This document shows, piece after piece, positions 17,517 through 25,681 of a stretch of 32,000 nucleotides of DNA. Both the position numbers and the translations under genes were made by a program. How positions within the stretch are numbered: the stretch's first letter is position 1; every line of letters starts with the position of its first letter. Source of the stretch: Acinetobacter wanghuae (lineage in GTDB: Bacteria > Pseudomonadota > Gammaproteobacteria > Pseudomonadales > Moraxellaceae); NCBI RefSeq assembly GCF_009557235.1, contig NZ_CP045650.1, positions 1,050,001-1,082,000 on the forward strand. Reading direction: 5' to 3'. The notes under the pieces were generated by a model. The model searched no databases, had not been told where the DNA came from, and was given only the letters and a program-made list of their open reading frames with translations.

Positions 17517-19246
17517 AAATCATTGTTTCTAATTTCATTCAATTGCTTGGCGATAAAATTTTTCACCAAAGGCTCTTCCTGATCATTGAGTAATTCATAA
17601 TCAAAACGCATAAAGCTTTGTGTAATGAGCTGTGCTTGGGTTAAATAAATTTTCAGTTCATTTTGATCCAAACGCAGATGAATGGTTTGTTTTTCCTTAA
17701 AGGTATGTATGCCTGAGACAATAATGCTGGTCGAGACTTGATCAAGCTGCGTGGTTTGGATAATCAGTGCGGGTTGATAGTTAATGGTGTTTTTATCGGT
17801 GCGGGCATACACCGCGCATGGAAATAAATCCTGTGCAAGAATTTCTAAACCCAGTTCTAAGCTTTTTTCAGTCGATTGCTTAATCCAGCGAATCACACCA
17901 CCGCGCCATTGGCTTTGGGTGTTTTCCTGTACCAAAATAAATTCACCGGTTTTAAGATTGGCAGGGGTGATCCCTGTCCATTTAATCCGATAACCATTCA
18001 CACTAATATCCAGAACTTCAGCGTTATGAATCTGTTTTGCTTCGCGATCTAATGCCTTAATACTACTAAACGCACTTGGTAAAACAGCTTCAGCGGAACT
18101 AGCCATACTGCTTTGGCTTTGGAATTTATAATTGGTCGCGACGGTATTTAAGGTCTCTTGGAAGTTTTTACCCTTAGATAGATAAAAATGTGCTGCTGTT
18201 AAGCCAAAGCAAATATTAATTTGCGCAGAATACTCATAACGTTCATGGCGACGTTCAGCCGTGGTCGACAATAAGGTGTGTAAATGAAAATGCAGAGCAG
18301 GTGTTAAAAAGAGTTTTTCATTCCGACTTAAACTTTGATTATTCTTCGATTGGGCTGTCGAAATATGTTCCATTAAGTTTTGCGTTGAAATAAAAATATT
18401 GGCTTTGTAGTGACTGCCTTGGCGCGTATTAAATAGTGGGGGATGATCTTTACTTGAGTCTACGATATAACGCGATAAAGTCGATTCTTTTGGTAAAATT
18501 TGAATCAGTTTTGCCCACTCGAAACTACATAAGAACAAGCCTTGAATTTCAGCTGGACGAATCTGATGAGTATTAAAAATTTCTAAAATGATCAATTGGG
18601 CATAGGCTTGCGCGATGTTTTGAATATCATGCTGCGTACCCAGCACTTGATTGATATTGCTGACATAAAAATCATGCTGCATGGCACATTCAATCAGTTG
18701 ATGTGCCGCTAACCATTGCCCCATAACAGGTGAGCTATACAACATATGCTGTTGATACAACAGTAAACTCAGTTGCTGCAACGCATAATAAATTGATACC
18801 ATGCGTGCTGTTTCAAGGCGTTTTTTAAAACTCAGTTTAAAAATGGAAAACTTGTATTCATTGAGCTGTAACTGACAGCGTTTCGCAATATCAATATAAA
18901 TTTTGGCAAAGTGACTACGCAGCAACATCGCCAATTCAATGATTTGATCATTGCGATCGGTGGTAATTAAGCCTTGATTGACAAAATGTTTTTCAAGGCT
19001 GGTCAATACATTTTCGAGGGTGGGGTGTAAAACCTGAATCAGATCAAATCTTAAGCTTTCTTCACAATCAAGTTCAGCAATTTCTAAGAGCGCACTAAAC
19101 AAAGACTTAGAGGATGTCCCTAATTGTAAAATAGAGATACCTGAGACCCATTCTTGCAACGCTTTGGCACTGGTGTGACAAAAGCTCAGCTGAGCCCGTT
19201 TCTTTTCCGTCGGTGTTTGAAAAATATCAGAAGTATGTGTGCTCAT
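17498..19246 (-). CDS. large protein with C-terminal PilZ-like domain
   Basis: 582 aa. RRHER (RxxxR) and DISVNG (DxSxxG) are separated by 76 aa, followed by GEFILVQE...WRGGVIRWIK beta-strand-like sequence. I do not recognise the N-terminal ~330 aa. Its stop overlaps the start of the downstream gene by 19 nt. Confidence 0.7.
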   Translation of the reverse strand: MSTHTSDIFQTPTEKKRAQLSFCHTSAKALQEWVSGISILQLGTSSKSLFSALLEIAELDCEESLRFDLIQVLHPTLENVLTSLEKHFVNQGLITTDRNDQIIELAMLLRSHFAKIYIDIAKRCQLQLNEYKFSIFKLSFKKRLETARMVSIYYALQQLSLLLYQQHMLYSSPVMGQWLAAHQLIECAMQHDFYVSNINQVLGTQHDIQNIAQAYAQLIILEIFNTHQIRPAEIQGLFLCSFEWAKLIQILPKESTLSRYIVDSSKDHPPLFNTRQGSHYKANIFISTQNLMEHISTAQSKNNQSLSRNEKLFLTPALHFHLHTLLSTTAERRHERYEYSAQINICFGLTAAHFYLSKGKNFQETLNTVATNYKFQSQSSMASSAEAVLPSAFSSIKALDREAKQIHNAEVLDISVNGYRIKWTGITPANLKTGEFILVQENTQSQWRGGVIRWIKQSTEKSLELGLEILAQDLFPCAVYARTDKNTINYQPALIIQTTQLDQVSTSIIVSGIHTFKEKQTIHLRLDQNELKIYLTQAQLITQSFMRFDYELLNDQEEPLVKNFIAKQLNEIRNNDLWEALK

Positions 19247-19255
19247 CTTTATTAT

Positions 19256-20278
19256 TTAACTCGAAAATGTTGAAACCCCAAAAAGCGGTGTCTTATTTTT
19301 TTCGCCCGCTATTTCCCGTACCAATTTAGGAACCAAATATCCCGGAAGGCTCGCTAAAAGCTCGGTATAAATTGTATTGATTAGATCAGGATCTAAATCA
19401 AAATGATGTGCGCCTTTGACTTTATCAAGGACATGTAAATAATACGGCATCACACCTGCATCGAATAAACGATAGCTTAAATCGGTGAGAACTTCTGCAG
19501 AATCATTGACCCCACGCAATAATACGGCTTGGTTCAGCACCGTGATTTTGTGTTCAGATAACTGATTAAGTTTAGAACAAGTAAAATCATCTAATTCTGA
19601 TGCATGATTTGAGTGTACCACTAGAATAATGCGTAGCCTACTGTTTTTTAACACGCTTAAGAGTTCATCATCGATTCGATTTGGGATCACAATCGGCACA
19701 CGTGAATGAATTCTTAAGAATTTAAGTTGAGGCAAGCTCTCGAGTCGTTCAATCCATAATTGCAATTTTCGATTCGATAAAGTCAGCGGATCGCCACCAC
19801 TTAAAATCACTTCATTAATATCGGTTTGGCTCTCAATATAGCTTTTAATATTGAGCCAATCGTCATTTTTAGGCAGATTTTCTTGATAGGGAAAATGACG
19901 ACGGAAACAGTAACGACAATGAACGGCGCACGCACCCGTTAAAGTCAGTAAAAAACGTGATTTATATTTATGCAGTACACCGGGTTGCTGGTTGGCTTGT
20001 TCTTCGCCTAAGGGGTCAGTCACAAAACCCGGGTAATCTTCAAGCTCAAGATGATGCGGCAATACTTGCAATAAAAGCGGATCTAAGGGATTACCCACTT
20101 GCATTTTTCCGACGAATGCACGCGGCACACGTAATTTAAATTGTTCAGTGGCTAAAATTGCCCCTGACAATAAATCCTCAGCGGATAAATTTAAAAGTTG
20201 TAAAAGCTCCTGAGGGTTGGTCACAAGGTCGCTGAGTTGAGATTGCCAATGTTGCTCTTGATATAAAAACTGTGTCAT
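19256..20278 (-). CDS. epmB: EF-P beta-lysylation protein EpmB (lysine 2,3-aminomutase-like radical SAM enzyme)
   Basis: Radical-SAM CAVHCRYCFRR, plus SGGDPL and PYYLHVLDKVKGAHHF. It is divergent from efp, as in E. coli. The start is taken at MTQFLYQEQ (ATG 20276-20278). Confidence 0.9.
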   Translation of the reverse strand: MTQFLYQEQHWQSQLSDLVTNPQELLQLLNLSAEDLLSGAILATEQFKLRVPRAFVGKMQVGNPLDPLLLQVLPHHLELEDYPGFVTDPLGEEQANQQPGVLHKYKSRFLLTLTGACAVHCRYCFRRHFPYQENLPKNDDWLNIKSYIESQTDINEVILSGGDPLTLSNRKLQLWIERLESLPQLKFLRIHSRVPIVIPNRIDDELLSVLKNSRLRIILVVHSNHASELDDFTCSKLNQLSEHKITVLNQAVLLRGVNDSAEVLTDLSYRLFDAGVMPYYLHVLDKVKGAHHFDLDPDLINTIYTELLASLPGYLVPKLVREIAGEKNKTPLFGVSTFSS

Positions 20279-20661
20279 GCCTGATCTATAACTATGTCGG
20301 GAGGGCGCAAATACATGCTCAATCACCATATTTTAACAGAATGTCGCCTCACAAAATTCGTCTAAATTGAGGAAAGCCTAGATTTACAACACTGACGATA
20401 GATTCAAGATAAGACAGCATTTTCTAAATTTGAATGTCACGATTCTACAAGAAAATTTATGTATGGGCGTAACTTAGACAGCTTCATGCTTGGAAACTAG
20501 ATTTTTTCATTGCGGCATGGTGTATTGCTCATTTAGAATACGCATCATTAAATGAATGTGCATGTGGCACACTATGTTCGGGGCATGCCTGCTAATGAAT
20601 GACCCCAGAACTGCCCATAGCATCAATAGATTAAAGTTAGTAAGTTTGGAGTGAGCCAATC

Positions 20662-21231
20662 ATGGCCTATTATTCTACGAACGATTTCAAGTCTGGCCTT
20701 AAGGTTATGCTTGATGGTAACCCATGTTCAATCATGGAAAACGAATACGTAAAACCAGGTAAAGGCCAAGCGTTCAACCGTGTTAAATTACGTAACCTTC
20801 GCAGCGGTAAAGTACTCGAAAAAACCTTTAAATCAGGTGAAAACTTAGAAGCTGCTGACATCGTAGAAGTAGAAATGGAATACTTGTACAACGATGGCGA
20901 ACTTTGGAACTTCATGGATCCTGTTACATTTGAACAAATCGCAGCTGACAAAACAGCAATGCGCGATGCGGCTAAATGGTTAAAAGACGATTCAAACGAA
21001 AAATGCACGATTATGTTGTTCAATGGCGTGCCTTTAAACGTAAGCGCACCAAACTTCGTTGTGCTTAAAATCGTTGAAACTGATCCAGGTGTACGTGGTG
21101 ATACTTCAGGCGGTGGCGGTAAACCTGCTAAACTTGAAACTGGTGCAGTTGTACGTGTTCCATTATTTGTACAACAAGAAGAAAGCGTTCGTGTAGATAC
21201 ACGTACGGGTGACTATTTAGAACGTGCTTAA
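20662..21231 (+). CDS. efp: translation elongation factor P
   Basis: [46 protein letters not shown] has the modified Lys34 in the KPGKG loop. The C-terminal part reads [32 protein letters not shown]. Confidence 0.97.
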   Translation: MAYYSTNDFKSGLKVMLDGNPCSIMENEYVKPGKGQAFNRVKLRNLRSGKVLEKTFKSGENLEAADIVEVEMEYLYNDGELWNFMDPVTFEQIAADKTAMRDAAKWLKDDSNEKCTIMLFNGVPLNVSAPNFVVLKIVETDPGVRGDTSGGGGKPAKLETGAVVRVPLFVQQEESVRVDTRTGDYLERA

Positions 21232-21256
21232 TCGTTTAAAAATAGACTATGATCAG

Positions 21257-21285
21257 AAGGGATGATGTAAATCATCCCTTTTTTA
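21257..21285 (+). terminator. rho-independent terminator of efp
   Basis: AAGGGATGAT-gtaa-ATCATCCCTT followed by TTTT. Confidence 0.8.
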
Positions 21286-21397
21286 ATGCCAAAGTATTAC
21301 AGGCAGAAAATAAGAATAAGCGTAAAGTTGCACAACAAACAGCAGGACCTCAAACAAAAAATTGCTGGTTAATCTGCAACAGATCTGAGGGATTGAC

Positions 21398-23497
21398 ATG
21401 GAAAAGATTCAACAGAAGTCAACGATGACTTCTAAAATGATTTGGCTGCTTGTTGCCATTGTAGGTGCGGTTTCATTTGGCGTACTTGCCTTAAGTCGTG
21501 GTGAAAGCGTAAATGCCATTTGGTTGGTGCTTGCAGCAGCCTGTATTTATAGTATTGCATATCGTTTTTACAGTTTATTTATTGCCAACAAAGTATTTGA
21601 GCTAGACGGACGCCGTCTCACGCCAGCGCATCGTCTGACCGATGGTCTAGATTATGTACCGACCAATAAAAGTGTTTTGTTTGGTCATCACTTTGCTGCG
21701 ATTGCAGGGGCAGGTCCGTTGGTGGGTCCAATTCTTGCAGCGCAAATGGGCTATTTGCCAGGCACAATTTGGCTTTTAGTCGGTGTGGTGCTCGCAGGTG
21801 CGGTACAAGATTTCTTGGTACTGTTCATCTCGACCCGTCGTGATGGCCGTTCGCTCGGTGAAATGGCGAAGCAAGAACTCGGCTCATTTGCCGGTGTCAT
21901 CGTGATGCTGGGCGCGCTTGGTGTGATGATTATCATCCTTGCGGTATTGGCGCTGGTGGTTGTGAAAGCATTGACCAACAGTCCTTGGGGCGTATTTAGT
22001 ATTGCAGCCACTATTCCAATTGCGATCTTTATGGGTATTTACATGCGCTTTATCCGTCCGGGTAAAATTGCAGAAGTGTCCATTATTGGTTTCGTATTGA
22101 TGATGCTTGGTATTATCTACGGTGAGAATATCGCGCAACATCCATATTGGGGTGCATTCTTTACGTTATCGGGTACAGAACTGACCTGGGCTCTAATTAT
22201 TTATGGCTTTGTCGCATCCGTGCTTCCGGTGTGGTTATTACTTGCACCGCGTGATTATTTATCAACGTTCTTAAAAATTGGTGTGATTGCAGGTTTAGCG
22301 ATTGGTATTGTCTTTGCAATGCCAGAGATGAAATTACCCGCTGTGACGCAATTTATTGATGGTACAGGTCCTGTCTTTGCAGGCTCAATGTTCCCATTCT
22401 TATTTATTACCATTGCTTGCGGTGCGATTTCAGGTTTCCACGCTTTAGTCTCTTCAGGCACAACCCCCAAATTGGTCAATAACGAACGTGATATTCGTGT
22501 GATTGGCTATGGTGGTATGTTGATGGAATCTTTCGTTGCCATCATGGCGCTCATTTGTGCTGCAGTGCTTGATCCGGGTATTTACTTTGCCATTAACTCA
22601 CCTGCTGCATTGTTAGGTACAACGGCTGAAACTGCTGCTGAAGCGGTGCGTACACTTGGGTTTGTCGTAACACCTGAAGCTTTAACCATGTTGGCACATG
22701 AAGTGGGTGAAAGCTCGATTCTGTCGCGTACAGGTGGTGCACCGACCTTCGCCATTGGTATGGCGCATATCATTTCAGAGATTTTCAATAGCCGTGCCAT
22801 GATGTCATTTTGGTATCACTTTGCCATTCTGTTTGAAGCACTCTTCATCTTAACAGCGGTAGATGCAGGTACACGTGCATGTCGTTTTATGGTGCAAGAT
22901 ACAGTCGGTATTGTGATTCCTGCGGTAAAAAAATCATCTTCATTTGTAGGAAACTTGATTGGTACAGCAGTCGCTGTAGCAGGTTGGGGCTTCTTCGTCT
23001 ATCAAGGTGTAGTTGATCCGCTGGGTGGGATTAACAGTTTATGGCCACTCTTCGGTATCGGTAACCAAATTTTAGCCGCAATGGCGCTGATTTTAGGTAC
23101 GGTCATTTTGTTCAAAATGAAGAAAGAAAAATATGTTTGGGTGACCATCATTCCAACTATTTTCTTATTCATCACCTCAATGACAGCCGGTTGGCAAAAG
23201 ATTTTCCATGAAAATCCAAAAATTGGTTTCTTGGCACAATCTGAACGTTTTAATAATGCAATTGCCAATAATGAATTGTTAGCACCTGCAAAAAATATGG
23301 CAGAAATGCATACAGTGGCAGTGTCTAATCAGATTAATGCAGGTTTATGTGCATTCTTTATGATTGTTGCGATTGTGATGCTCATTGCTTCCATTAAAGT
23401 GGTTCGTCGTGCATTGGCAAATCCTGAACCCTCAGTTAATGAAGGTGAAGCGATTTACCGCGATCCTGAACATATTAAGGCGCAAGCGCACCATTAA
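21398..23497 (+). CDS. cstA: carbon starvation protein A family peptide/pyruvate transporter
   Basis: 699-aa polytopic protein with FGHHFAAIAGAGPLVGP, GAVQDF, CGAISGFHALVSSGTTPK and LWPLFGIGNQ. Confidence 0.93.
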   Translation: MEKIQQKSTMTSKMIWLLVAIVGAVSFGVLALSRGESVNAIWLVLAAACIYSIAYRFYSLFIANKVFELDGRRLTPAHRLTDGLDYVPTNKSVLFGHHFAAIAGAGPLVGPILAAQMGYLPGTIWLLVGVVLAGAVQDFLVLFISTRRDGRSLGEMAKQELGSFAGVIVMLGALGVMIIILAVLALVVVKALTNSPWGVFSIAATIPIAIFMGIYMRFIRPGKIAEVSIIGFVLMMLGIIYGENIAQHPYWGAFFTLSGTELTWALIIYGFVASVLPVWLLLAPRDYLSTFLKIGVIAGLAIGIVFAMPEMKLPAVTQFIDGTGPVFAGSMFPFLFITIACGAISGFHALVSSGTTPKLVNNERDIRVIGYGGMLMESFVAIMALICAAVLDPGIYFAINSPAALLGTTAETAAEAVRTLGFVVTPEALTMLAHEVGESSILSRTGGAPTFAIGMAHIISEIFNSRAMMSFWYHFAILFEALFILTAVDAGTRACRFMVQDTVGIVIPAVKKSSSFVGNLIGTAVAVAGWGFFVYQGVVDPLGGINSLWPLFGIGNQILAAMALILGTVILFKMKKEKYVWVTIIPTIFLFITSMTAGWQKIFHENPKIGFLAQSERFNNAIANNELLAPAKNMAEMHTVAVSNQINAGLCAFFMIVAIVMLIASIKVVRRALANPEPSVNEGEAIYRDPEHIKAQAHH

Positions 23498-23507
23498 GGA
23501 GATGGGC

Positions 23508-23810
23508 ATGAATCTTAAATTTGCTAAAAGTGGTAAAACGATGATTTATAAAATCATCAAAATGACCGTGATGTCGCAAAAAGATTTAATTCTCAATCCG
23601 AAGAATTGGTCGAGTATTGCAACTTTGTGGCAACGTTTACAGCAAAGCTTCCGTTTGATGGTTGGAGTTCCTGATTATCAAACTTATTTGGAACATATGC
23701 GTAAGCATCATCCTGATTTGGAAGCGATGGATGCCAAGACTTTTTATCGTCACTGCGTGGATGCACGTTATCCATCAGCAGGTGGGGATATGAAGAAATG
23801 CCCTTGTTAA
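23508..23810 (+). CDS. YbdD/YjiX-family small protein (CstA partner)
   Basis: C-terminal GVPDYQTYLEHMRKHHPDLEAMDAKTFYRHCVDARY...CPC matches the YbdD/YjiX family. AAGGAG (23496-23501) overlaps the cstA stop and is followed 6 nt later by ATG 23508. Internal Met starts would give a more typical shorter product. Confidence 0.8.
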   Translation: MNLKFAKSGKTMIYKIIKMTVMSQKDLILNPKNWSSIATLWQRLQQSFRLMVGVPDYQTYLEHMRKHHPDLEAMDAKTFYRHCVDARYPSAGGDMKKCPC

Positions 23811-23823
23811 GTTTATGATTTAG

Positions 23824-23851
23824 AAAAAAACGCCTTTCGGGGCGTTTTTTA
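23824..23851 (+). terminator. rho-independent terminator of the cstA-ybdD-like pair
   Basis: AAAAAAACGCC-tttcg-GGCGTTTTTT. Confidence 0.8.
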
Positions 23852-24337
23852 TTTGCTTAAATTTTGAGTGATGCGTTAGTCTTTAGAGATCGAATAACAA
23901 GATAAAAAACATGTCTGATTTTGTAGAAGTTTTTAAAATGATTTTGGAAAATCCATCACCATTGCTCATTTGTATGGTTGTCTCTGTTTTAGTCATCTAT
24001 AAATCAAGAGATTTATTGGATATATTTTTTCAGTTAAAAGATATTAATAAGAAAAGAATCATACAAAGACTTGAAGAGACAAAGACTTTGAGTGAAAAAA
24101 ATTATTTAGATTCAAGTTTAAATCGCAACTATGACCGTTTTTGTGAGGAAGCACAAATACATGCGATTATCGGTTGTCGGTATTGTTCTAAGGAGATGGC
24201 TAAATATATTTTAACGCGTAAAAATATTAGTAGAGCAATCAGAATTTATCATCGTGTTAAAGATAATGTGGAAGTAAAAGATGGCAAAATTATGCCAATA
24301 ACTCCAATGAAAAATTGGAGAATTAAACTTAATAGTT

Positions 24338-24356
24338 AACCCGAATCGCGGATAAG
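24338..24356. repeat. IS left inverted repeat (IRL)
   Basis: See the IS call. Preceded by target duplication AGTT (24334-24337). Confidence 0.8.
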
Positions 24357-24429
24357 AAATTAACTTGAAAAATAGAAGGACTAGAGCCATCAGTTGAGTT
24401 ACCACACAAAACTTAAAACTCTAGTCCCG

Positions 24430-25299
24430 ATGTTTAATAGTACCGAATTATTTTGCTTAATTGATGATTTCTTTCTTAAATTTGAAGCAACCTACTGGAA
24501 TTTTCTTAAGCAAAGTAATCGTTCCTTAAGAATCAGAACTGCTCATTTAACCATTTCAGAAATCTGTTTTATCGCTATTTGGTACAAATGTTCTCATTTC
24601 AATAATTTCAAAGCATTTTTCATTTGGTTAAAAGAAGATAAAAACCATTTATTTAAGTATTTGCCTTGCTATCAAAGGATGATTCATCTGATCAATATGC
24701 ACCAATTGGCTCTACACGCTTTACATGTGGTGCTGATGAAAGACCAAGGTACACAATATTTATGGATTGATTCAACAACTCTGCCAGTTTGTAAAAATCA
24801 ACGTATTCAACGCCATAAATCTTTAGCTAAAATTGCATCTCGTGGTAAAAGTTCAATGGGCTGGTTTTATGGCTGTAAATTGCACATTGCAATGAACCAA
24901 TTTGGTGAAATTGCTTGTTCTGCTTTATCGAATGGACATGTTGCTGACATAAAAATGGTTGAGAGACTCGTTAAAGAGGTGGAAGCAAAGTTGTATGGAG
25001 ATCGTGGCTATATTAGTCAAGAACTGAAGATTAGATTAAAAGAGCAAGGCATTGATTTAATTACCTATCATCGAAAAAATATGCAGGCTACACAACTTTC
25101 TGAGTCAGATAAATATCACTTAAAACAGCGCAATAAGATAGAGACTTTATTCAGTTTATTGAAAGGTCAGTACAATTTAGTGACAAGCAAAGCACGTAGT
25201 GTTCATGGATTTCTAGGAGGGATTTACGCGTCCTTGTGTGCATATCAACTGATCCATAAAAATAAGCCAACAATTCAAATTATGGAGTCATCGGCTTAA
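24430..25299 (+). CDS. IS982-family DDE transposase
   Basis: The N-terminus MFNSTELFCLIDDFF is typical for IS982 transposases. The DDE region includes WIDSTTLPVC, YGDRGYIS and KQRNKIETLFSLLK. TTG 24394 is an alternative upstream start. Confidence 0.85.
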   Translation: MFNSTELFCLIDDFFLKFEATYWNFLKQSNRSLRIRTAHLTISEICFIAIWYKCSHFNNFKAFFIWLKEDKNHLFKYLPCYQRMIHLINMHQLALHALHVVLMKDQGTQYLWIDSTTLPVCKNQRIQRHKSLAKIASRGKSSMGWFYGCKLHIAMNQFGEIACSALSNGHVADIKMVERLVKEVEAKLYGDRGYISQELKIRLKEQGIDLITYHRKNMQATQLSESDKYHLKQRNKIETLFSLLKGQYNLVTSKARSVHGFLGGIYASLCAYQLIHKNKPTIQIMESSA

Positions 25300-25313
25300 A
25301 CAGGATTCGGGTT
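25295..25313. repeat. IS right inverted repeat (IRR)
   Basis: See the IS call. It contains the transposase stop codon (25297-25299) and is followed by AGTT (25314-25317). Confidence 0.8.
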
Positions 25314-25681
25314 AGTTATGGCGGTATATTTTTTTATATTTCATTTATCTTGCTTGGAGCAGCCCCATTCATATTGGTTATGATGGGTAAATTGTTTAAA
25401 GTGAATATGAGTCTATCATCTTCATACTATTTAGATGCATCCATCATTTTTAGTCTATTCTTTATCATGGGTTTTATTTCACTGTATCAAAGCCTTAAAC
25501 CTGAATTTTCAGCATTGTTTTGTGAGTTAGAAGCCAATGAAATTGATTTAACCATCTGTGATTCAGAAGATAAAGCAGCCTAAATAAAAAAATAAGTATT
25601 GTAGTAAAAAAATTACAATCTTTAGAAAAAGCATAAACTTGTGTATGTTAATAAAATGATAAAAATGATTCGGAGAGTAGT

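Larger units (their letters stand above)
24338..25313 (+). mobile_element. IS982-family insertion sequence (976 bp)
   Basis: The terminal inverted repeats are AACCCGAATCGCGGATAAG (24338-24356) and the reverse complement of 25295-25313, AACCCGAATCCTGTTTAAG. They match at 15 of 19 positions, and the first 10 are perfect. Direct AGTT repeats flank the element at 24334-24337 and 25314-25317. It contains a single DDE transposase ORF. Confidence 0.85.
23911..25583 (+). pseudogene. AT-rich membrane-protein gene interrupted by an IS982-family element
   Basis: The 5' part is 23911-24337 and the 3' part is 25318-25583. Removing 24338-25317 (the IS plus one AGTT copy) joins ...KLNS to YGGIFFYISFILLGAAPFILVMMGK... 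in one continuous frame of about 230 aa. The stop at 24337-24339 is created by the IS end. Confidence 0.75.

Noticed and set aside
16418-20139. Short ORFs 16418-16639 (-), 17784-17993 (+) and 19957-20139 (+)
   Set aside because: Alternative-frame or antisense ORFs within the EAL, PilZ-like and epmB genes, with no independent support.
20459-20500. 13-codon mini-ORF (MYGRNLDSFMLGN) in the efp-epmB spacer
   Set aside because: It has no Shine-Dalgarno, is too short to evaluate, and could easily occur by chance in AT-rich DNA.
20670-21023. 117-aa antisense ORF in efp
   Set aside because: Shadow ORF opposite one of the most conserved genes in the window.
21751-23268. Five antisense ORFs (72-88 aa) inside cstA
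   Set aside because: They are typical shadow ORFs of a long membrane-protein gene, with Ala/Thr/Pro-rich products and no starts with an RBS.
23385-23507. 5' part of the 141-aa ORF overlapping the cstA 3' end
   Set aside because: It overlaps cstA by 113 nt in another frame. An AAGGAG plus ATG right after the cstA stop explains the real ybdD/yjiX-like gene.
23593-24405. 60-aa (23593-23775) and 64-aa (24211-24405) minus-strand ORFs
   Set aside because: The first is antisense to the ybdD-like gene. The second is antisense to the disrupted gene and crosses the IS boundary, so it is a chance product of the junction.
25350-25583. 77-aa ORF treated as an independent gene
   Set aside because: Its start is a TTG inside a frame that continues seamlessly from the gene upstream of the IS once the IS is removed. 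It is the 3' remnant of the interrupted gene.
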